Virus record (IMG/VR): IMGVR_UViG_2698536428_000017
Strand: one strand, 5' to 3'
Length of the DNA stretch: 40,320 bases
DNA from: a virus
Lineage: Duplodnaviria; Heunggongvirae; Uroviricota; Caudoviricetes
Every line of letters starts with the position of its first letter. The stretch's first letter is position 1. Below, one piece after another: positions 20,988 to 28,776 of the stretch. Both the position numbers and the translations under genes were made by a program. A model generated the notes under the pieces. The model was given only the letters and a program-made list of their open reading frames with translations, had not been told where the DNA came from and did no database searches.

Positions 20988-21447
20988 TTACCACCCCACC
21001 AGCATCTTTAAACCTGGAAATCAGGTCACCGATTTTATGTTCATACTGACCGTAACCTGCACCAGGTAACGACGCCCAGATATTGCTGCAACGGTCGATT
21101 GCCTGACGAATATCGCCACGGTCAATCATCGGTAAAGCGCCACGCTCTTTAATCTGCTGCAGCGCCACAGCGTCCTGACTTTCTGGCGAAAAATCTTTCA
21201 GGCCAAGCTGCTTACGGTAGGCATCCCACCAGCGTGAAAGAAGCTGATACCGTCCTGCGGCTGTTGATTTAAGCTTCGGGTTTAGCGTGACAAGTTTGCG
21301 AGGGTGATCGGAGTAATCAGTGAACAACTCACCTCCGACGATAACGTCATAACCGTGATTACGTGTCGGTTGTCGCCCGTTATCCGTTCCTTCTGACCAT
21401 GCCACCATATCCAGGAAAGCTTTACGTTGGGAATTTAGTGTCTGCAT
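20971..21447 (-). CDS. Endolysin, lambda R-like lytic transglycosylase
   Basis: 158 aa; near-identical over most of its length to lambda R as recalled (NSQRKAFLDMVAWSEGTDNGRQPTRNHGYDVIVGGELFTDYSDHPRKL...). Confidence 0.8.
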   Translation of the reverse strand: MQTLNSQRKAFLDMVAWSEGTDNGRQPTRNHGYDVIVGGELFTDYSDHPRKLVTLNPKLKSTAAGRYQLLSRWWDAYRKQLGLKDFSPESQDAVALQQIKERGALPMIDRGDIRQAIDRCSNIWASLPGAGYGQYEHKIGDLISRFKDAGGVVNEADL

Positions 21448-21450
21448 GAA

Positions 21451-21792
21451 TTACTCCTTAGAGCCACCAAACTTGTTACCGATTACTCGCATTGCAGCCC
21501 CACGAATAGCATCCACACCGATCAGCCCAACACCACCACCAATGGCAACAGAAAGCGATTTAGGCCATCCAACATACTCAAGAGCGGATGCAAAGGTCAG
21601 CGTCAGAGCACCACAGAGCAAAATCTCAAGCGTTTTTCGTTTCCAGCCGCCGCCACCGCCAAAATAGGCAATGCGCAAGCCAGCCATAACAATTGACATA
21701 ACCACTGCGCCCAACGGCGTATCTCCACGCCACCAACTTTGTAAGAGTTCCAGTAAGTCAGGCCAGGAATGAGGAGCATTGTGCATTTTCAT
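21451..21792 (-). CDS. Holin, lambda S-like with dual-start MKM motif
   Basis: Start placed at ATG 21792 (MKMHNAP...) preceded by GGAGGTG; track ORF start at 21810 lies inside the RBS; hydrophobic helices. Confidence 0.6.
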   Translation of the reverse strand: MKMHNAPHSWPDLLELLQSWWRGDTPLGAVVMSIVMAGLRIAYFGGGGGWKRKTLEILLCGALTLTFASALEYVGWPKSLSVAIGGGVGLIGVDAIRGAAMRVIGNKFGGSKE

Positions 21793-21893
21793 ACTTCCCA
21801 CCTCCGCCATTACGGGGTGTTGTTGAAAGGCGGGCCCTGCGTATACGCCCGTAGGATTGGGTTATGAGCCGTCCTTCGGTGGGCCCTGAATAC

Positions 21894-21916
21894 AAAAAAA
21901 GTTCGCCATAGCGAAC
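21894..21916 (-). terminator. tR'-like intrinsic terminator between Q and the lysis genes
   Basis: Hairpin GTTCGC-CATA-GCGAAC (21901..21916) followed on the minus strand by U7 (21900..21894). Confidence 0.65.
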
Positions 21917-22195
21917 CTTGTTAAATTTGTTAAAAAAGGAAGTTATTTAACATAATGTATGTTATAGGAACCACACGATCACCGCTCGCAATAGATTTGC
22001 GATGAAAGGCCTATTTAATCAACTTAAGTGGTCCAGAATGACGAAATTCGAGTGAATAAGAGGTGCATAAAAAAGGGCAAAAACTGCATAGCGTTTTTTC
22101 GCGACGAAAACCCTGTTTTATTAACTTTTACTGAGAATAGAGCATTAAAAAAGCCCCAATGATTTGGAGCTCTTCGTTGAGGTCAGAAATTCAAC
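21917..22195 (-). promoter_or_regulatory. Expected late promoter and Q-utilisation region (not resolved)
   Basis: Inferred from lambdoid architecture: about 280 bp non-coding between Q stop and the terminator; no convincing -35/-10 pair found by eye. Confidence 0.3.
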
Positions 22196-22630
22196 TCATA
22201 CCAGCGTAGCGCAGTTTTTGCGTAGCGCACTAATACTTTTTTCATCCCTTTGAATTTCGACCTCAGGATCCATCTGAAGGCTCACACCCAGCATGCAGAG
22301 ACACCCCTCAATGAATCCCTCTGCTACCTGCAACTGCTGGCGGATAAATCCTTCAGAACAGCGACGCCGCCGCCCTATCTCACGTTTGCTTAACCCGTAG
22401 ACGTAGTACAGCATAATGACGTCCAGTTCCTCAGGCTTACGGACCTGCTGCAGCCGACAGACGCAAGCATCGATAATCAGGCCATCGTCGTCACAGCAAC
22501 TCAGCCTGCCAGGCGAGCTGCTGACTACCAGCCCTTTAAATCCCGTCGCTATTGGAGCCCAGCTCACTGTGGTGTTGCTATCGGCAGCCCATCCACCCCA
22601 GCGCTCTAAAACCTGTTGAATATTACGCAT
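22196..22630 (-). CDS. Late antiterminator Q (QuuD-like)
   Basis: 144 aa; N-terminus MRNIQQVLERWGGWAA...GFKGL...CCDDD matches recalled QuuD-type Q proteins of E. coli lambdoid prophages. Confidence 0.75.
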   Translation of the reverse strand: MRNIQQVLERWGGWAADSNTTVSWAPIATGFKGLVVSSSPGRLSCCDDDGLIIDACVCRLQQVRKPEELDVIMLYYVYGLSKREIGRRRRCSEGFIRQQLQVAEGFIEGCLCMLGVSLQMDPEVEIQRDEKSISALRKNCATLV

Positions 22631-22694
22631 AGCTCTGACCTCTACGTTTTGCTACGAAAAATTTTTCTGAGAACTACGTCTGTTTATCCGTGGG

Positions 22695-22703
22695 TGTGGA
22701 TAA
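22695..22703 (-). promoter_or_regulatory. DnaA box (TTATCCACA)
   Basis: Plus strand TGTGGATAA is the reverse complement of the DnaA consensus; sits inside inverted repeat TTATCC-N8-GGATAA next to the iterons. Confidence 0.5.
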
Positions 22704-22755
22704 CGCAGTTCCGATCCGCATATTGCATGTATCAACATGCAAAAAGTTGCTAATT

Positions 22756-22948
22756 CGGAGTGGAACCACCTGCCCCCACCTGGAACCACCTTTTCCTAAC
22801 CTTTCCCTCAATCGACTTATATATATATGGGGTTTCTAGTAGAAAGGCGGTTCCAGTGGTTCCAGTAGTTCCGCCCCGCTTGCCACAAGGTCTGCAAGGT
22901 GGAACCACCTTCTCTTCTAGGTGGTTCCGCGTGGTTCCAGCGGTTCCC
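22756..22948. repeat. Iteron array of replication origin (core GGAACC / GGTTCC)
   Basis: TGGAACCACC at 22761 and 22781; GGTGGAACCACC at 22898; reverse copies at 22849, 22858, 22867 (9 bp period) and 22920, 22931, 22941 (10 bp period); AT-rich TTATATATATAT at 22818..22829. Confidence 0.6.
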
Positions 22949-25103
22949 AAACCTTGCATTTTTTCCCCCCAATTCGCCTTTGGGCACGCTTATACCCGCA
23001 ATTTTGCAAAACATTACTAATTCGCATTTCTTCGCGTTTTCCGATGCGGTCAGGATTTAGCCCAATCGCATCACGCAAAACATCACTTGCGCGTAAAAAT
23101 TCGCAATTTCGCGGAAGTTCATTAGTCATCAGGTCGGGCGTGTCGAGCCATTTCTCTACCGTTTCAAGCCAAGCATCCTTGATGGTGTACTGTTCATGGA
23201 CACTCGCTGCCAGTTGTTCAGCCTCACGGAACTGGATACCCCCCAGACGCTGAAACACCTCACGAGCCTCAGCCCAAAGTAAAAGGAGATCTCTTTTTAT
23301 CGCTTTCACGTCGACTTTCGACACTTCCACGGGGAGCCAGCGACGGTTACCAGTCTTGTCCGCAAGGAATTCGTCCTCATTAGTGGTACCAACGAACACC
23401 AGGCGACGAGGAAACTGGGTGGCGAACTCCCGGTATTTCGGGATCCAGTTTTCGTGAGTACGCGTCACAAACGCTTTGATTGACTCCAGCTCTTTGGTAT
23501 TAAGTCCGCGCAGTTCACCAATCTCTGCCACCAGCCGACCACGCATTTTTCGAGCGAGATCATCGTCTTTTTCGGCAAAAGAGATTTCAGTAAAAAACGC
23601 AGGATCAGGGCTCAGTGCCTCCACTCCGGAAGACTTACCGCAGCCCTGCGGACCAACGAGGATCGGCACCATATCCGCTTTGATGCCTGGCTCCAGTACT
23701 CGCCCCGCCAACGCGGTCCACATGTACATAGACACCGCACGGGTATAAGGCGTGTCGGCGGTACCGAAGTGCGTATGGTAGAAACATTCGATGCGCGGCA
23801 CGCCATCCCACTCCAGTCCGTTCAGCCAGGTGATCGCTGAATCGAATGGTTGTTCATCGGCTGCAAGTAACACCACATCGCGAATAAGTTCACGGCCAAC
23901 AGGTTTAAATCCCCGCTTTTCCATCGTGATGCGCAGGCGCGCATAATCCGCATCGGTGAATGCCCGCCATTGTCCGGATCCTGCCGGGGCAAACATGATT
24001 TCGTCGCGGAACTGGTCAAAGCGAATATCGATGTCCACAAAATCAGAGCGTACTACTGCTTTGGCTGCATTGCTGATGGTTGCCTCGATACGCCCCCATT
24101 TATCACGCTCGAAAGCAGGCAGCGGTAAAGGTTCCGCCACTTCGATGCTGGTCAGATCTTCGAAATCGTCGTTGCGGATCCCGATGGCATTCAGGAAATC
24201 TCCGTCATCACGATGCGCGCAACTGGCATGCAGGCATTTAAAATGCCCCTGCTCAAAGCCTGCGGTTCCCGCAGGAAAATAAACTGTGCTTGTTGGATCG
24301 CCTCCGCTACTGTGGCCGTCTTCAAACGGACAGCGGATATATCGTTCACCGTTTGCGCCATCCAGCAGCGTCCAGCCATTGGCATCAAGATATTCAGCTG
24401 TATCATCCGTCGCGCCGGGCGTGAATGCTGAACGGTCGCGCATCTTCGTGTTGCCCGCTTCGGTGGTTACCGACACAGGGAGTTGTTCAGCCAGGCGCTG
24501 CCACAGCGTTTCAAGCTGCTCACCTGTAATAGCCGGAGGTTCATCCGGCAAACCACCGTCCCATTCAATACGCGCGCCGCTGCTGTGCGTACCACAGGCA
24601 ACGAACTGCTGCCCGTTCGCCAGCAACTCGATAATGCCCATATCCCCCGCCAGGCGATGGATACGCTTACGGAAATCACCATCAACGGCCAGCAGATACA
24701 GACACTTATTACTGTTTGCTCGCCAGCGTCGCGGCGGCGACTCACCCAGAAGTTGCACAAGTGTTTTGCGAATATCTGCCTGAATGTCTTCATCTTCGCT
24801 ATCGCAGTCCAGCGCCAGCCAGCCATGGCCTGTACGCACGCAGATGCCATAATCCGGTTCATTCGACCAGCGGGCAAAATCATGCTCAGTAACAACATGC
24901 CCGGTCCATTGAGCAATACCTGTGACCTGGCGGTCCCGGTTATAGCGACTCGGCGTCTTACCCAACGCTTTCAATTTACTATCAGGGGATATGGTCGCAC
25001 TGGGGTTACATACAACTGGGAGAAGATGAGCAGTCCGCCCCAATACCAGGTCGAAATGAAACCACTCATCAGGCGTAGCTCCCCATGGTTTGCTATCGGA
25101 CAT
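22917..25103 (-). CDS. Primase-helicase (N-terminal primase-polymerase-like domain, C-terminal P-loop NTPase)
   Basis: 728 aa; Walker A in ILVGPQGCGKSSG; domain order resembles P4 alpha / VirE-type replication proteins; last 10 codons overlap the iterons. Confidence 0.75.
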   Translation of the reverse strand: MSDSKPWGATPDEWFHFDLVLGRTAHLLPVVCNPSATISPDSKLKALGKTPSRYNRDRQVTGIAQWTGHVVTEHDFARWSNEPDYGICVRTGHGWLALDCDSEDEDIQADIRKTLVQLLGESPPRRWRANSNKCLYLLAVDGDFRKRIHRLAGDMGIIELLANGQQFVACGTHSSGARIEWDGGLPDEPPAITGEQLETLWQRLAEQLPVSVTTEAGNTKMRDRSAFTPGATDDTAEYLDANGWTLLDGANGERYIRCPFEDGHSSGGDPTSTVYFPAGTAGFEQGHFKCLHASCAHRDDGDFLNAIGIRNDDFEDLTSIEVAEPLPLPAFERDKWGRIEATISNAAKAVVRSDFVDIDIRFDQFRDEIMFAPAGSGQWRAFTDADYARLRITMEKRGFKPVGRELIRDVVLLAADEQPFDSAITWLNGLEWDGVPRIECFYHTHFGTADTPYTRAVSMYMWTALAGRVLEPGIKADMVPILVGPQGCGKSSGVEALSPDPAFFTEISFAEKDDDLARKMRGRLVAEIGELRGLNTKELESIKAFVTRTHENWIPKYREFATQFPRRLVFVGTTNEDEFLADKTGNRRWLPVEVSKVDVKAIKRDLLLLWAEAREVFQRLGGIQFREAEQLAASVHEQYTIKDAWLETVEKWLDTPDLMTNELPRNCEFLRASDVLRDAIGLNPDRIGKREEMRISNVLQNCGYKRAQRRIGGKKCKVWEPLEPRGTT

Positions 25104-25106
25104 GGG

Positions 25107-25307
25107 TTACACCTTTTGTCTAGCTGTCACTTCCTGAAAAAGTTTTTCTATCGCACGTACTGTAGAAAAGCGAGGGTCAGAATGAACCCCGGTAAGAAGC
25201 CGACTAATAGAAGACTGCTTCACGCCTGCAATTTCGGCAATTTGGTTTTGGGTATACCCTGAATCAATCAAGCTTTTGACCATCTCTTGTGGTGTTAGTC
25301 CGGACAT
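25107..25307 (-). CDS. Cro-like HTH regulator
   Basis: 66 aa; HTH (YTQNQIAEIAGVKQSSISRLLTG); GGAGA RBS; divergent from repressor and first gene of the leftward operon. Confidence 0.6.
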   Translation of the reverse strand: MSGLTPQEMVKSLIDSGYTQNQIAEIAGVKQSSISRLLTGVHSDPRFSTVRAIEKLFQEVTARQKV

Positions 25308-25448
25308 ATTTAAGTCTCCACTTTCGTCTATAGCGCAAATTTATACGAAAACGGATTACTCAGCAATACAGCAATTCTATGTCATCCTAGATTAAAATAT
25401 CCGATAACGCATAATCACCGTCCCTGTATACAACATGGATGAATCCAA
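25308..25448. promoter_or_regulatory. Immunity switch region with divergent promoters and operators
   Basis: 141 bp between divergent Cro-like and CI-like genes; candidate leftward -10 TATAAA (25345..25340); motifs ATAGCGCAAAT and ATAACGCATAAT; operators not resolved. Confidence 0.45.
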
Positions 25449-26123
25449 ATGATTGATACTACCGATATCCTTTCTCAAAACATCAAGTACCTGATGGACA
25501 AAGCCAAGATAAGCTCGATAACTGAGCTGGCACGTCGGTTACAGCTGAACCAACCAACGCTACACAGGCTGGTATCAGGAGAGGTGAAAGATCCGAAATA
25601 CGCAACGTTAAAGCAGATCGCCGACTACTTCCACGTGTCACCAATAGACTTGGCAGAAAGGAGCCTTCAAGAAATGGAGAAAGAGGACGCGACAGGTATA
25701 AAAACGTATATTTCTCTTAGGTTTAATAAAGTACCTGTTTTGGGAAACACTCAGCTAGGCGTTGGAGGACTTTGGAGCGACACCCAATATTCAGTAGGTA
25801 GCAGTGATGGTTTCATATACTGGCCGACAAAGGATGAAGATGCATACGCCCTGAAATGTGTTGGTGATTCAATGATGCCTAGAATCAAAGAGGGGGAGTT
25901 CGTAATCGTCGAACCCAACCACGACTACACTCCTGGTGATGAAGTACTTGTGGTTACCCGGGAAGGTGAGGTCATGGTTAAAACCTTCTTGTTCGAACGC
26001 GATGGCCTGTTCCATCTAATGTCTGTAAATGAAGATCATCCACCAGTCAGAGTACCACGCGAAAACATTGAAAAAATCCATTACGTGGCGGGGATCGCCA
26101 AATCCGCGCTACGTATGTACTAA
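25449..26123 (+). CDS. CI-like repressor (N-terminal HTH, C-terminal S24 LexA-like peptidase)
   Basis: 224 aa; HTH region (SITELARRLQLNQPTLHRLVSG); S24 catalytic motifs GDSM and downstream Lys (VMVKTF). Confidence 0.8.
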   Translation: MIDTTDILSQNIKYLMDKAKISSITELARRLQLNQPTLHRLVSGEVKDPKYATLKQIADYFHVSPIDLAERSLQEMEKEDATGIKTYISLRFNKVPVLGNTQLGVGGLWSDTQYSVGSSDGFIYWPTKDEDAYALKCVGDSMMPRIKEGEFVIVEPNHDYTPGDEVLVVTREGEVMVKTFLFERDGLFHLMSVNEDHPPVRVPRENIEKIHYVAGIAKSALRMY

Positions 26124-26153
26124 CCTTTACAGTCTGATAACTTACTTCTGATC

Positions 26154-26185
26154 AAACCGCTCTCCACAAGGGCGGTTTTCTTATT
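26154..26185 (+). terminator. Candidate terminator after the repressor gene
   Basis: AAACCGC...GCGGTTT 7-bp stem followed by TTCTTATTT; the loop is long (11 nt), so weak. Confidence 0.35.
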
Positions 26186-26206
26186 TGCAAAATAATTCAT
26201 TTTCGT

Positions 26207-26235
26207 ATTGACACAAAATCCCATAACGCATATAA
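26207..26235 (+). promoter_or_regulatory. Near-consensus sigma70 promoter (TTGACA-17-TATAAA)
   Basis: TTGACA at 26207..26212, 17 nt spacer, TATAAA at 26230..26235; followed by palindrome CGCATAATTAATGCG at 26244..26258. Confidence 0.4.
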
Positions 26236-26429
26236 ATACGATATCGCATAATTAATGCGTTTTTTAATACTGGCTCTTTAACAAACTGAACCGCGTGACA
26301 GGTAAGCCGCAGTACTCCTGGCAAAACGAAATAGCACCCGATGGGATCGAGGTAAGCGCCGAGTCCGTATGCGTACGGTAAGCGTAGAGGACAACACCGC
26401 GACAAACTGATAAGTCACGCAAGTTGAAA

Positions 26430-26460
26430 CGCCCCGACGATGGGGCGCTTAGTTCCTTTT
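26430..26460. terminator. Hairpin CGCCCC-GACGAT-GGGGCG with U-rich flanks
   Basis: 6-bp GC stem; U-rich sequence on both strands; probably the ancestral terminator of the 174-aa gene, now separated from it by IS2. Confidence 0.4.
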
Positions 26461-26613
26461 GGGGTGGGGTGAAGATCAGTCCATTGAGTCAATCCGAAGT
26501 TCAGCATCTACCACTACACCACTAGACTGGCCCCCTGAATCTCCAGACAACCAGTATCACTTATTTAAGTGATAGTCTTAATACTAGTTTTTAGACTAGT
26601 CATTGGAGAACAG

Positions 26614-26979
26614 ATGATTGATGTCTTAGGGCCGGAGAAACGCAGACGGCGTACCACACAGGAAAAGATCGCAATTGTTCAGCAGAGCTTTGAACCGGGG
26701 ATGACGGTCTCCCTCGTTGCCCGGCAACATGGTGTAGCAGCCAGCCAGTTATTTCTCTGGCGTAAGCAATACCAGGAAGGAAGTCTTACTGCTGTCGCCG
26801 CCGGAGAACAGGTTGTTCCTGCCTCTGAACTTGCTGCCGCCATGAAGCAGATTAAAGAACTCCAGCGCCTGCTCGGCAAGAAAACGATGGAAAATGAACT
26901 CCTCAAAGAAGCCGTTGAATATGGACGGGCAAAAAAGTGGATAGCGCACGCGCCCTTATTGCCCGGGGATGGGGAGTAA
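26614..26979 (+). CDS. insC: IS2 transposase OrfA (InsC)
   Basis: Translation [41 protein letters not shown]... matches IS2 InsC; true ATG at 26614 (track ORF begins upstream). Confidence 0.9.
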
Positions 26980-27842
26980 GCTTAGTCAGCCGTTGTCTCC
27001 GGGTGTCGCGTGCGCAGTTGCACGTCATTCTCAGACGAACCGATGACTGGATGGATGGCCGCCGCAGTCGTCACACTGATGATACGGATGTGCTTCTCCG
27101 TATACACCATGTTATCGGAGAGCTGCCCACGTATGGTTATCGTCGGGTATGGGCGCTGCTTCGCAGACAGGCAGAACTTGATGGTATGCCTGCGATCAAT
27201 GCCAAACGTGTTTACCGGATCATGCGCCAGAATGCGCTGTTGCTTGAGCGAAAACCTGCTGTACCGCCATCGAAACGGGCACATACAGGCAGAGTGGCCG
27301 TGAAAGAAAGCAATCAGCGATGGTGCTCTGACGGGTTCGAGTTCTGCTGTGATAACGGAGAGAGACTGCGTGTCACGTTCGCGCTGGACTGCTGTGATCG
27401 TGAGGCACTGCACTGGGCGGTCACTACCGGCGGCTTCAACAGTGAAACAGTACAGGACGTCATGCTGGGAGCGGTGGAACGCCGCTTCGGCAACGATCTT
27501 CCGTCGTCTCCAGTGGAGTGGCTGACGGATAATGGTTCATGCTACCGGGCTAATGAAACACGCCAGTTCGCCCGGATGTTGGGACTTGAACCGAAGAACA
27601 CGGCGGTGCGGAGTCCGGAGAGTAACGGAATAGCAGAGAGCTTCGTGAAAACGATAAAGCGTGACTACATCAGTATCATGCCCAAACCAGACGGGTTAAC
27701 GGCAGCAAAGAACTTTGCAGAGGCGTTCGAGCATTATAACGAATGGCATCCGCATAGTGCGCTGGGTTATCGCTCGCCACGGGAATATCTGCGGCAGCGG
27801 GCTTGTAATGGGTTAAGTGATAACAGATGTCTGGAAATATAG
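26937..27842 (+). CDS. insD: IS2 transposase OrfB (InsD), DDE catalytic domain
   Basis: 301 aa matching IS2 InsD as recalled; overlaps insC in -1 frame, A6G slippery run present. Confidence 0.9.
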
Positions 27843-27877
27843 GGGCAAATCCAACCACCACCAAAGAGAACTGCTAA

Positions 27878-28402
27878 TCATCTGGCAGGTTGTAACGGTG
27901 CAGGAGTTTTGCCACTGACTTCTATATTTCGGGGAAATTTATATTCAGCGGAGCATTTATGACACTTGAGAATTTTATAAGCGGCATTAGAAGTATGGTA
28001 TTGAAGTATAGACTTCATACCCGACTCATAGCATGTAGTACAAAGATAATGAGGCTTGAACTCAGGATCGTCAGTAGGCTTCAGTACATAGACCACCGTA
28101 TTGGTAATCGGGTGGTACATTTCATAGTTCATTTTCTCACTATCCCAATCCTGTTTCTTTTCCAGAAGGGATTCGAGTTCAACAATGCGCTGTTTAGCTT
28201 CGTTCAAAAGCTCCGTTAGTGCGAATTGTCCAGTACGCGCATCAATTAGTTTATCAAGTAGATCGATAGTTTTACTTTTAACATTGTAATCCACCTGCAA
28301 CGCATTAACTTCTTTTGCTAAATCAACAGCACCTTTCAAAGCACCACCAGCACTAGTGGCCGCCTCAGTTATACGCCGTACAAGTCCTTTTTCTTCAGAC
28401 AT
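27878..28402 (-). CDS. Hypothetical coiled-coil plus zinc-ribbon protein, 174 aa
   Basis: ATG at 28402; C-terminal CxxC (CTTC) and CxxC (CHKC) pairs about 20 residues apart; about 42% GC; convergent with repressor gene. Confidence 0.6.
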   Translation of the reverse strand: MSEEKGLVRRITEAATSAGGALKGAVDLAKEVNALQVDYNVKSKTIDLLDKLIDARTGQFALTELLNEAKQRIVELESLLEKKQDWDSEKMNYEMYHPITNTVVYVLKPTDDPEFKPHYLCTTCYESGMKSILQYHTSNAAYKILKCHKCSAEYKFPRNIEVSGKTPAPLQPAR

Positions 28403-28419
28403 CTTAATTCTCTCTAAAA

Positions 28420-28470
28420 CTATAGGGGTAAAGAGATATTAGCCGAATTCTCGCTGTAGGGGTACAGAGA
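28420..28470. repeat. Two 17-bp direct repeats (CTATAGGGGTAAAGAGA / CTGTAGGGGTACAGAGA)
   Basis: 15 of 17 identical, 34 bp apart (28420..28436 and 28454..28470), in the divergent control region between the 174-aa gene and the rightward operon. Confidence 0.4.
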
Positions 28471-28541
28471 GAGCCATCTCGTCTGACGTGGTTAAAAGCA
28501 GGCATTCGCTGACATCCAAGTAATTGCTGTGTGTAGCCTTT

Positions 28542-28567
28542 GCCCGCCTCAAGTGACGGGCTTTTTT
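28542..28567 (+). terminator. Intrinsic terminator or attenuator upstream of the replication operon
   Basis: GCCCG...CGGGC stem (28542..28546 / 28557..28561) followed by T6 (28562..28567) on plus strand. Confidence 0.45.
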
Positions 28568-28626
28568 ATGTCTGAAAGCGCACTCGCAACAGCGTGCTCC
28601 CCGATATGAAAAAAGGAATACAACCG

Positions 28627-28776
28627 ATGAAACCTGAATACCTCCATCGACTGACGGGGCGCGATGTTCTCCGTTATCGCCGTAAAAACTTCGATTTGAT
28701 GACCGGTCTGGCCGTTGCCACTGCGCTCGGTCTGATCATCACTTTCATTCTCCTTGTAGCGAGGACCACAGTATGA
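28627..28776 (+). CDS. Small membrane protein, about 49 aa
   Basis: ATG at 28627 with AAAGGAA RBS (track ORF begins at an upstream GTG); C-terminal TM helix; stop overlaps next start (ATGA). Confidence 0.35.
   Translation: MKPEYLHRLTGRDVLRYRRKNFDLMTGLAVATALGLIITFILLVARTTV

Larger units (their letters stand above)
26523..27853 (+). mobile_element. IS2 insertion sequence (IS3 family), 1331 bp
   Basis: Ends TAGACTGGCCCCCTGAATCTCC and GGGGCAAATCCA match IS2 termini as recalled; flanked by direct repeat ACCAC at 26518..26522 and 27854..27858. Confidence 0.9.

Noticed and set aside
22756-22948. Possible CRISPR array suggested by short repeats
   Set aside because: Repeats are 6-10 bp cores in both orientations with helical spacing, no uniform spacers and no cas genes; they are origin iterons.
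1548-25262. Numerous 60-260 aa ORFs in the track antisense to or out of frame within larger genes (for example 1548..1985, 7985..8488, 8224..8733, 14837..15538, 18269..18916, 24483..25262)
   Set aside because: Fully nested in longer, tightly coupled ORFs with phage-gene features; Ala/Arg/Ser-rich low-complexity translations typical of shadow frames in GC-rich coding DNA; no independent RBS evidence.
26244-26264. Palindrome plus T6 read as an intrinsic terminator
   Set aside because: It lies at the predicted transcription start of the promoter at 26207, so would terminate after about 20 nt; more plausibly an operator or attenuator.
26181-26405. 74-aa minus-strand ORF between the repressor gene and IS2
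   Set aside because: Cys/Tyr-rich, non-protein-like translation, no RBS; the region reads better as promoter, palindromes and hairpins, hence regulatory or ncRNA.
26281-26520. tRNA or retron ncRNA between the repressor gene and IS2
   Set aside because: No T-loop-like GGTTCGAATCC motif or cloverleaf pattern, and no reverse-transcriptase gene adjacent.
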